30,189 nt of DNA from Candidatus Micrarchaeia archaeon (lineage in GTDB: Archaea > Micrarchaeota > Micrarchaeia > Micrarchaeales > CABMGC01), in contig JBMFWW010000008.1 in NCBI GenBank assembly GCA_049964835.1, forward strand, positions 1-30,189. The letters are read 5' to 3'. Both the position numbers and the translations under genes were made by a program. Below the pieces are notes generated by a model, which saw only the letters and a list, made by a program, of their open reading frames with translations, was not told where the DNA came from and searched no databases. This document shows positions 1 to 7,250 of the stretch, in pieces (position 1 is the first letter of the stretch; every line of letters starts with the position of its first letter).

Positions 1-75
1 TACATCCTTTGCAGGATGCAGTGGTTGCATGAATGTAAAGGAAGCCCACGCCGTTTACGGGTGGGAGGATGTCAC
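1..75 (+). mobile_element. Right end of an IS200/IS605-family (TnpB/IS1341-type) element, i.e. the 3' part of an omegaRNA scaffold; the element continues off the left edge
   Basis: GC-rich hairpins CATCCT-ttgc-AGGATG (3-18) and CCCAC-g-CCG-ttta-CGG-GTGGG (45-65). The end motif GAAGCCCAC...GTGGGAGGATGTCAC terminates in TCAC at 75, after which the sequence becomes abruptly AT-rich. A degenerate copy is at 13960-13992 (-). Confidence 0.75.
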
Positions 76-118
76 TAAATTTAAAAAGGAGTAATAAAAG
101 AAGTCAAATTTTACTTCT

Positions 119-466
119 CTAACTAATTCCTACAAATGCAGTTCCTAAAGCTATGCAAAGTATTCCTATCCATCTTAAAAGAGTTATAGGTTCATTTAAG
201 AATAGTAATGCAAATAGACTAGCAAATATATAACTCAAACCACCAAGTCCATATGTCCAACTAAGATGTGCTCTTCCTAGTACATAAAGATAAATTATAG
301 TAGAAATACCGTAGCTTACAATTCCTAAAATCAAAAATATAACTAATTCAATACCTGTGTTGCTTACACCTTCTTTGAAAAGCAGTTGACCAGAAGCACT
401 TAATATTGTGCTTATTATTAAAAGAAGTAAAAATTGTTTTTTTCCATTCATTAGATAACCATTCAA
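119..466 (-). CDS. Small 4-TM EamA/DMT (SMR/ArnE-ArnF-like) membrane protein; alternative ATG start at 451
   Basis: Four hydrophobic segments with the motifs SASGQLLFKEG, LSWTY and LFLNEPITLLRWIGILCI. Start overlaps the stop of the upstream paralog. Confidence 0.8.
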   Translation of the reverse strand: MNGYLMNGKKQFLLLLIISTILSASGQLLFKEGVSNTGIELVIFLILGIVSYGISTIIYLYVLGRAHLSWTYGLGGLSYIFASLFALLFLNEPITLLRWIGILCIALGTAFVGIS

Positions 467-825
467 TATGTTAAAGCAACTATGAAAATGCCTAAGATTA
501 TAAAAATTAAGCCAAGCAATCTGTGCATATTCATCTTTTCATTAAGTTTAAAGTGTGAAATTAAAAATATGAAGATAAATGTGCTTGCGAATGTTGGATA
601 TACAAACGATAGCTCTCCTGATGATAAGGCAACAAGGTAAAAAATCAAGCTTACTAAATATATTCCAATCCCCAATATTAAGTATTTATTTTTTATTAAT
701 GAAATTACTCCTTTAATCCCAAATTCAAACTTATGTACTGATCTTTTCAATATATATTGTGAAATAGCCGCTATCCCCGCAGCAATAAAGGTCAATGCTA
801 TTATATAAAATTCGTTTACCAACAA
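463..825 (-). CDS. Small 4-TM EamA/DMT (ArnE/ArnF-like) membrane protein, partner of the adjacent gene
   Basis: Motifs AISQYILK, ALSSGELSFVYP and LNEKMNMHRLLGLIFIILG match the single-EamA pattern. TTG start. Confidence 0.8.
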   Translation of the reverse strand: MLVNEFYIIALTFIAAGIAAISQYILKRSVHKFEFGIKGVISLIKNKYLILGIGIYLVSLIFYLVALSSGELSFVYPTFASTFIFIFLISHFKLNEKMNMHRLLGLIFIILGIFIVALTY

Positions 826-1102
826 ATCAACACTTTGAAGTTTTTAACAATTATTTAAATTTTATATTTAAATTTATTTATTGTATTGATTGCATTAGTT
901 ATTTATTCTTTTATTATTCTTTGTTTTTATTCGTTCTTTTATTTATTTTGCTTACTTTATTTTTTATTTTGAATTCTTTTAAATTTAATAAAATTCATAT
1001 ATCTATAAAAAGTAACTACTTCAAATTCTATTCTATTGATTATTACTTTTCTAAATTTTTTCTACTGTTTATTTTTAATTTTTTAATTATTTAGTTTAGC
1101 TA

Positions 1103-2767
1103 TCATACTTTCATTGACATTCTGAGTAATCTTATTTTATTTTCTAATTCTTCACAATTACTTCTTAAAAACTCTCCAATCTCTATGCATAAAATATTCG
1201 TTATTTTGCTGTACTTATCAAAATCAGAACCTTTACATATTACAATTACTACATTAAAATTACCAAGTCTTCCACAAATCATTTTTTCGCTATCTTGAAA
1301 ACTTTTTAATCCGGTTTCATACTCAATTGCATACTTGATATTGCTTTTTTCAGCTATAATGTCTGGCCCATTTGATCTATTATGTATTTTTGCATAATAT
1401 CCAAGCTTCAGAAGATGTCTTAAAATAATCTCCAATGTAATATCATGCTCTGTGCTGTTAATAGTTCTTAAACAGTACCATTCATCATCGTACTCTGTTT
1501 TATTATAAAAAGAGTAGCATCTTACTTCGTTTTTTGCTTTTGCCCTTTCTAAATATAAAGTAGCTTCAGATCGATCAAGTCCTTTTAAAGCTAAATACTC
1601 TTTTATTGAAGAAATAGGCATCGGTCTTGCTAGTATCTCATTTATTAAGTAATCTATAGGTTCCTTGTAAGTATTTGCTACTCTAAATCGTACCCATATT
1701 GGATCTGTATATTCATAATGCATTGCGAGTGCCTCTCCAACACGTAGTTTTCTAAATGAGCTCTTTATTTTAATTAATCGCTCACCATCATTTCCACAGG
1801 CTAAAAAGCTAGATATATAATTAAGCTCTTCTGGCTCTCTAGTATAGAAATTGAATATCAGCGAAGAGTTGCATCTTAAATCCTTATCAAGAGACTTAAA
1901 ATCTTGAGAAATAGCAATAATACCAACTCCATACTTTCTGCCCTCTGCACCTATTCTGCCTATGACCGGATTGCTGCCCAGTTTTCCAGCCTCATCTACA
2001 ATAATATAAAATCGTTGCTTATTGTTTTGATTTAAGGAGATCATATGTGTATATACCTGTCTAATTATTTCTTCCATAAAGATGCTTTGCGCTTCCATTG
2101 TTCCTAGTGAATCTAAACGTATTATTGTTCTTTCATTTAATATCCTAGATATACTTATTAAATTACATCCTTTTAAATAATCAAAGATTGAAAGTCTTGT
2201 AGATAGATTTTCAAGAATTGATACCTCTCCTCTTTTGCCTTTTTCTTCTGCATTTTTCTTAAAAACCTGTATCGTGAAGAGAAGAGAGCTAAAGTTCGGT
2301 TCTATCTTTTTTCTCTCAGATATTTCATAAGTGTATTTTATACATCGATATAGGCAATTTTTTTGAACATGTCCTAATCTTAAGTGTCTTTGGAATAGAT
2401 TTGATAGTTCATAACTCTTTTCTGTAATGCTTGCAAGACCTCTTTCAAAGATGTTTATACCTGTATTTTTAGCATTAATTATATTTGAGTTTGTTATAGC
2501 TGCAATACCTGTATAATCATTTTTTGGGTCTATAACTAAGAAGTTATATCCATACCGAGAAAACTCTTCAATTATCACATTTGCAGCATTTGACTTTCCA
2601 GAGCCGCTTTGTCCAGTTATTATTATATGTGGATTTATGTTGTCTATTAAATTTAGATATCTCTTAAATATAGTTTTTTTCCAAAAAAATGTAAAATCAC
2701 CGCTAATACTAACCCTTCTTCTTTTTAATTTATACAATATTCTACAGCTATTATTTGTTCTAACCAT
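1103..2767 (-). CDS. HerA/FtsK/VirB4-superfamily (DUF87-like) ATPase with a C-terminal PD-(D/E)XK-like nuclease domain
   Basis: Walker A NPHIIITGQSGSGKS, then VIDPKNDY, Walker B IIVDEA, and EGRKYGVGIIAISQ. C-terminus contains EH...GPDIIAE...AIEYETGLKS. Confidence 0.8.
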   Translation of the reverse strand: MVRTNNSCRILYKLKRRRVSISGDFTFFWKKTIFKRYLNLIDNINPHIIITGQSGSGKSNAANVIIEEFSRYGYNFLVIDPKNDYTGIAAITNSNIINAKNTGINIFERGLASITEKSYELSNLFQRHLRLGHVQKNCLYRCIKYTYEISERKKIEPNFSSLLFTIQVFKKNAEEKGKRGEVSILENLSTRLSIFDYLKGCNLISISRILNERTIIRLDSLGTMEAQSIFMEEIIRQVYTHMISLNQNNKQRFYIIVDEAGKLGSNPVIGRIGAEGRKYGVGIIAISQDFKSLDKDLRCNSSLIFNFYTREPEELNYISSFLACGNDGERLIKIKSSFRKLRVGEALAMHYEYTDPIWVRFRVANTYKEPIDYLINEILARPMPISSIKEYLALKGLDRSEATLYLERAKAKNEVRCYSFYNKTEYDDEWYCLRTINSTEHDITLEIILRHLLKLGYYAKIHNRSNGPDIIAEKSNIKYAIEYETGLKSFQDSEKMICGRLGNFNVVIVICKGSDFDKYSKITNILCIEIGEFLRSNCEELENKIRLLRMSMKV

Positions 2768-2813
2768 AAAATCGTCTATTGAGATTTACATAAAAATTAG
2801 CAGATCAAAAGAT

Positions 2814-3638
2814 TTATTGAATTAAACTTTTTACAATTTTAATTTCAGAGAGCTCTTCCTCTATGCTCGATCTTGGTGTTTCAAGTATAAAATCTTTTTC
2901 ACATATTTTCTTATTTGAAAAGAAGCTCTTAAAACCTTCTATTCCTATGTACCCGCTACCTATCCTCTCATGCCTATCTTTGAAAGAACCAAGTTCATGC
3001 TTAGCATCATTTAGATGTATTACTTTTATATTATCAGATCCAAACTCTCTTAGTATATCTTCAACTACCTCCTTTTTTCTAATGTCATATCCCGCAGCAA
3101 ATAAATGGCAAGTGTCTAAGCATAAGCCCTTCTCGTCAGTTTTTATTTTTTTGTAGATATAATTCAAATCTTTTATATCTGAACCAACGCTATTTTTCTG
3201 GCCAGCTTGGTTTTCTAGTAGTATGCTTACTCCATTATTGCTTCTCTTTATTGTATTTACTGCTGATATTACTCTTTCCATACCTTTATTTTTGTCTTCT
3301 CCTAAATAACTTCCAAGATGTAAAATTAAATACTCTATTTTTAGCAAACTGCACGCATCAACTATCTCAGAAATTAAAGCTATCGATCTTTTGTAAGTAT
3401 CTATTTTAGGTGAAGCTATGTTTGGAAGATAAGGCATATGTACAAAAACCGGTTCAATATCTGAATCGTTATCCTTTTTTATAAATCTTTGAATTTCATC
3501 TTTTGTTGGTTTTTTAATGGTCCATATTCTTGGACTTGAAAGGAATATCTGCATTGTTGTGCATCCTATCTCCTTTGCATAATCAAATGAATTTTCAATT
3601 CCTCCAGTTATTGAAACATGATATCCTACTCTTTTCAA
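2814..3638 (-). CDS. nfo: Endonuclease IV (AP endonuclease, TIM barrel)
   Basis: Metal-ligand motifs all present: GYHVSI, QIFLSSPR, VHMPYLPN, LHLGS, LLENQAG, CLDTCHLFAAGYD, IHLND, DRHERIG, ILETP. TTG start. Confidence 0.93.
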   Translation of the reverse strand: MKRVGYHVSITGGIENSFDYAKEIGCTTMQIFLSSPRIWTIKKPTKDEIQRFIKKDNDSDIEPVFVHMPYLPNIASPKIDTYKRSIALISEIVDACSLLKIEYLILHLGSYLGEDKNKGMERVISAVNTIKRSNNGVSILLENQAGQKNSVGSDIKDLNYIYKKIKTDEKGLCLDTCHLFAAGYDIRKKEVVEDILREFGSDNIKVIHLNDAKHELGSFKDRHERIGSGYIGIEGFKSFFSNKKICEKDFILETPRSSIEEELSEIKIVKSLIQ

Positions 3639-3642
3639 AAAA

Positions 3643-4191
3643 TCATCCTAAAAGTTTGTAAGCATTTTTAGCTATTATTAATTCGCCTTTATCTAATGGT
3701 TCATTTTTGTTAAATCTTTTATTATTAACTATAAATTCAAGTATCTCAATTCTTTGCACATTCTTCTTAGCACTTTCTGATAAGATTTTAGATGCATCAT
3801 TTAATTTCATAGCGTTTGAGGGGTCAGTTATCCATTCATCAATAACCTTAGCAAAGTTAATGAGTATTTTTATTTCGTCTACTGCCATGAGAAACTTTCT
3901 TAATGACTCTATTTGAAGTATAAGTTGCGGATCATCCGTATCCTTTTTACTATCTATAAAATTTTCATAACGCTCCTTTATCGAAGGTTCTTGTTCTAGT
4001 AAGTTACTTATTATAACCATATCCGTTTCTACTTCAGAAGATTTGTCAGGAAGTTTTATTGCGCCTCCTTTTACCTCTATTCTCTTTTCTTCTATCTCCT
4101 TATGCAATGAGTCTATAGCTTCAAGTATGAACTCATTTTTAGATTTTAAAAGAATTTCCTGCACCTTCATCCAAGCCGGAATCTTATCCAT
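3643..4191 (-). CDS. Hypothetical alpha-helical, charged protein (probable start MDKIPAW at 4191)
   Basis: Long open frame with natural composition, ending 4 nt before nfo. A TTTATATA box (minus strand, 4228-4221) lies about 30 nt upstream of the ATG at 4191. No family recognised. Confidence 0.65.
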   Translation of the reverse strand: MDKIPAWMKVQEILLKSKNEFILEAIDSLHKEIEEKRIEVKGGAIKLPDKSSEVETDMVIISNLLEQEPSIKERYENFIDSKKDTDDPQLILQIESLRKFLMAVDEIKILINFAKVIDEWITDPSNAMKLNDASKILSESAKKNVQRIEILEFIVNNKRFNKNEPLDKGELIIAKNAYKLLG

Positions 4192-4858
4192 GTATCTCTT
4201 ATATACTTTTCTAAAGAAAATATATAAATCAGGTGTTTTTATAAAATTAAATTTAGACATAAGTACTAATGAGAATGTTTACCAGCCTTCTGATGATACA
4301 TACCTTCTTTTAGATATGTTAAATGATTATCTTGAAAAAACGCAAAAGAATAATCTTTCTATACTTGATATGGGAACTGGAACCGGAATACTTGGTATAT
4401 ACGCGGCTTCTAATGCTAAGGTAAAAGCAGTAACGTTAGTTGATATAAATCCTGACGCAGTATCTCTTGCAAAGAGCAATATAGCAAAAAATTTAAGCGT
4501 AATAAAGGCGCAAATAACAGCTATTCAAAGCAATCTTTACTCAAATTTAAATTCAGAAATATTTGATATAATTTTATTCAATCCGCCATATCTGCCGGAT
4601 GAAGAAAAAGAGGTTATAATGAATGAAGCATTTTTTGGAGGCTGGAATGGTATAGAAGTAACTAAGAAGTTCCTAGATAGTTCAAAAGATAGGCTTACCA
4701 CTTCAGGCCGCATATTTATAATAAGTAGCTCGTTAGCAGACATATCCTCGCTTAAAGCGTTTATAGAGAAAATAGACTTTTCTATACAAAGAGAAAGCAA
4801 AGTGCATATTTTCTTTGAGGACATAGTAGCTATGGAGTTAGCATTAAAGGATAAATAG
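4190..4858 (+). CDS. HemK2/PrmC-like SAM-dependent (release factor glutamine) methyltransferase; start uncertain (ATG 4190 or ATA 4241)
   Basis: Motifs VYQPSDDTYLL, ILDMGTGTGILG, VDINPDA, DIILFNPPYLP, GGWNGIEV and IFFEDI are typical of archaeal HemK2/MTQ2. Confidence 0.88.
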   Translation: MYLLYTFLKKIYKSGVFIKLNLDISTNENVYQPSDDTYLLLDMLNDYLEKTQKNNLSILDMGTGTGILGIYAASNAKVKAVTLVDINPDAVSLAKSNIAKNLSVIKAQITAIQSNLYSNLNSEIFDIILFNPPYLPDEEKEVIMNEAFFGGWNGIEVTKKFLDSSKDRLTTSGRIFIISSSLADISSLKAFIEKIDFSIQRESKVHIFFEDIVAMELALKDK

Positions 4859-4879
4859 CATTACATTTAATATACTATT

Positions 4880-5200
4880 ATGGAAGTTGAAGAGCTTGTA
4901 TTTGAAGAGGCGGTTGAGTTTGCAAAGCAAAATAAGACATCGCTAGTTTGGATAGGTTCAGAACCTAAAGAGTATATCTCTGAATTACTTAACATTGAAG
5001 ATGGTCTATTAAAGCATTTGCAGCCTAACGAGATACTTAAGCTAGATAAAGATTCAGCTAAGAAGTATGAAAAGCATGTATTTGTATGTTATCATGGTAA
5101 TTCATCTAGGTATGTAGCTAACTTTCTTAAGGAAAAGCACGGAGTAGAATCAATAAGCATGAAGGGCGGAGTGACAAGCGTTGTAGGAGAGATTTTCTAA
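4880..5200 (+). CDS. Single-domain rhodanese/sulfurtransferase
   Basis: Active-site loop VFVCYHGNSS (GlpE-type) and C-terminal SMKGG. Confidence 0.85.
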   Translation: MEVEELVFEEAVEFAKQNKTSLVWIGSEPKEYISELLNIEDGLLKHLQPNEILKLDKDSAKKYEKHVFVCYHGNSSRYVANFLKEKHGVESISMKGGVTSVVGEIF

Positions 5201-5211
5201 AATAATAAAAA

Positions 5212-6042
5212 TTACTTTCCATTTCTCTTCATATCTTTTTTTATATTATACATGTTTATTTCTGCTAGATCAAAGAGCCTTTTGGCAAGCTCTTCAGGTG
5301 TTTTTTCAAGTATATGTACTGTTTTTATATCACTTATATTCGATACGCCGGATGCAAACGCAACGTTAAACGATATCTTATTTTCTTTTAATAATTTTTT
5401 ATTTTCTTCCTGATTTATTTCTAATAATTCATCTTTTATTCTACTTAAAATCCCTTGCGTGCTTTGCTTATCACAATTTAATATAAGTATAAATTCATCT
5501 GCCCCTTTGCCCTTTCTATATACATAATCGGATGTCCTAACAGTATTAGATATAGATTTGCCTAATCTCTTTATTGCTATATCTCCAAAGTGGTGTCCTA
5601 ATGTGTCATTAATATCTTTAAGACCATTTCCATCTAATACGGCAAAAGATATTGTTCTAGGAGCTCTTGCTTTTTTATTTCTCTTTTTATTATTTATATA
5701 CTGTTCAAACTCTCTTTTATAATTTAATAGAAGTTTATGTGAATCTTCAACATATCTTCTCTCATTACCTAATCCTGTTAATTCATCGGTCAAAAGCTTT
5801 GATCTTAAATCGGTATTTTCCTTGCTAAGCTCATTAACTCTTGTAAATATTTTAGTAAAAACATTAGCTAGCTCAGGATCAACACTTGCCTTTCTTATAA
5901 GCCTTTTAGCTTCAGCAACACTTATTATCGGATCTATCCTCCTTAAACTACCTAACTCCAATACTCTTATTTCACGTTCTAGTAAAGATCTTGAACCATT
6001 GCCGTTATGTTTTACTTCTCTATGTGAATTATCATTTACCAT
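5212..6042 (-). CDS. GGDEF-domain (diguanylate cyclase-like) protein with an N-terminal helical/coiled-coil region
   Basis: TDELTGLGNER, VLDGNGLKDINDTLGHHFGD, I-site RTSD, signature variant RKGKGADEF, FASGVS, AEINMYNIKK. Confidence 0.9.
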   Translation of the reverse strand: MVNDNSHREVKHNGNGSRSLLEREIRVLELGSLRRIDPIISVAEAKRLIRKASVDPELANVFTKIFTRVNELSKENTDLRSKLLTDELTGLGNERRYVEDSHKLLLNYKREFEQYINNKKRNKKARAPRTISFAVLDGNGLKDINDTLGHHFGDIAIKRLGKSISNTVRTSDYVYRKGKGADEFILILNCDKQSTQGILSRIKDELLEINQEENKKLLKENKISFNVAFASGVSNISDIKTVHILEKTPEELAKRLFDLAEINMYNIKKDMKRNGK

Positions 6043-6192
6043 TTAACCAAATATATTTATCTTTTTAGATATTTATAGTTTATGAATGGCCTCTAAATAA
6101 AAGAAGCTAACTTATTATAGTTAATTTTAGAGTTTTTTGTATATTTACTACATATCCGTAAATATCTCATATTTTTCATATTTCTATTAAAT

Positions 6193-6612
6193 TTAGTAAT
6201 ATTTGATCCGCATATTTAGACAAAATATTGCCATTAAAAACTCACGAATGGAAGATTCTGACCGGGAAGGAGGCATTTCTGCCTCCACGTTTGAACTATT
6301 CATCTCAACTGACTCAAGTCCATTCCCGCTTATGGTGCACTTTAGAGTTATCTTCTTAGAAACTCCACATCGCTCAAGCTCCTCACAGTTGTGTATTGCT
6401 TTAGAGATTATTGCAGAGATCCTTACCAACTCCCTGACCTTTTTATAGGTAGGTTCAGAAAATATCTTTAGAACATTGTACTGTGCATGCCATAACCTTT
6501 CATAAGAACCTTTTCCTATATGTAGGTCTTTGCAATCGCCCATTACATTTCTATTGATACTTTCCTTAAGACACTTCATAATTTTATCCCAGCCAGTTTT
6601 TCTTCCATTCAT
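6193..6612 (-). CDS. Orphan hypothetical protein (139 aa from MNGRKTGW)
   Basis: Strong RBS context GGTGAAAAAATG, identical to that before atpK (20965-20976), places the start at 6612 rather than 6663. Higher GC than its flanks. No recognisable domain. Confidence 0.5.
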   Translation of the reverse strand: MNGRKTGWDKIMKCLKESINRNVMGDCKDLHIGKGSYERLWHAQYNVLKIFSEPTYKKVRELVRISAIISKAIHNCEELERCGVSKKITLKCTISGNGLESVEMNSSNVEAEMPPSRSESSIREFLMAIFCLNMRIKYY

Positions 6613-6786
6613 TTTTTCACCCAGAAATAGCAAGACAATAAAGGATGTCAGCTCCCTAGTCATCTTATATAGCGTTTGACTGACGCATTCTGTAATCTTA
6701 TATACTATGGTAAAATATTTATATCTTACTAAAATGTTTAACCTTAAGTAGATAAATATATAAATATGTATATGAAAATAATATTA

Positions 6787-6840
6787 GCTGGAATAAAATC
6801 CGGCACACCCAGAAATAAGGGGCAGGTAAAACTGCCCCTA
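6787..6840 (+). ncRNA. Putative small structured RNA (two hairpins joined by an anti-RBS linker); alternatively a terminator or IS-end remnant
   Basis: GCTGGA-ataaaa-TCCGGC (U-G wobble favours the + strand), linker ACACCCAGAAATA, then AGGGGCAG-gtaaaa-CTGCCCCT. A TATATAAA box lies about 25 nt upstream (6757-6764). Confidence 0.35.
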
Positions 6841-6893
6841 ATAAAATGTTAAACTTGTTTGATTACAACTCTAAAAATAAGAATCAGATTTAT

Positions 6894-7250
6894 TTACAAA
6901 ATCTTGAATACAGATTCTCCTTCCTCTACCTTATATCTCAACTTTATACCTACCGAATCTCCAGAAGCAGCAGTGTATACTTCTTCTCTATTTATTTGCA
7001 TACTTTTTACTCGTTGCCTTATATACTCATCATCTGTTCCTATTTCTATCAAATCTCCGACATTGAGCTCATCATCTAACTTTATTGCAACTACATTTAT
7101 TTTTGGAAAGTAATTCTCTACAGTTCCAATGGCCTTTTTTTCAATCTGCTTATTCTGTTCTTCATTTACTTTATAATTTTTGCTACTCTTCTTTTCAAGT
7201 TCATTAAGTACATCCATAACATTGTCAAGATCATACATAATTTTATTCAC
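6894..7250 (-). CDS. Small beta-barrel 'translation elongation factor-like' / peptidase U32 C-terminal-like protein
   Basis: IGTVENYFPKINVVAIKL..LNVGDLIEI..QRVKSMQIN..A.SGDSVGIK..V.EGESVFK. Overlaps the hmgA stop codon. Confidence 0.75.
   Translation of the reverse strand: MNKIMYDLDNVMDVLNELEKKSSKNYKVNEEQNKQIEKKAIGTVENYFPKINVVAIKLDDELNVGDLIEIGTDDEYIRQRVKSMQINREEVYTAASGDSVGIKLRYKVEEGESVFKIL

Noticed and set aside
976..992. 12-nt match (minus strand TAAATTTAAAAG, preceded by TTTAT) to the putative TnpB guide at 76-87
   Set aside because: Almost pure A/T within an extremely AT-rich tract, so easily due to chance; the TAM is unknown.
795..1094. 99-aa F/L/I/Y-rich ORF on the + strand
   Set aside because: Artefact of T-rich low-complexity DNA; it overlaps the EamA gene and has no motif.
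4043..4260. 218-bp head-to-head overlap of the two long ORFs
   Set aside because: Due to over-extended starts; the more plausible starts are 4191 (-) and 4190 or 4241 (+).
6613..6663. PadR-like N-terminus (MTRELTSFIVLLFLGEK) of the orphan ORF
   Set aside because: The resemblance is superficial, and the strong RBS indicates the start is at 6612.
6787..6840. c-di-GMP riboswitch upstream of the GGDEF gene
   Set aside because: Lacks the GNRA tetraloop/receptor and conserved junction of class I and the kink-turn/pseudoknot of class II riboswitches.
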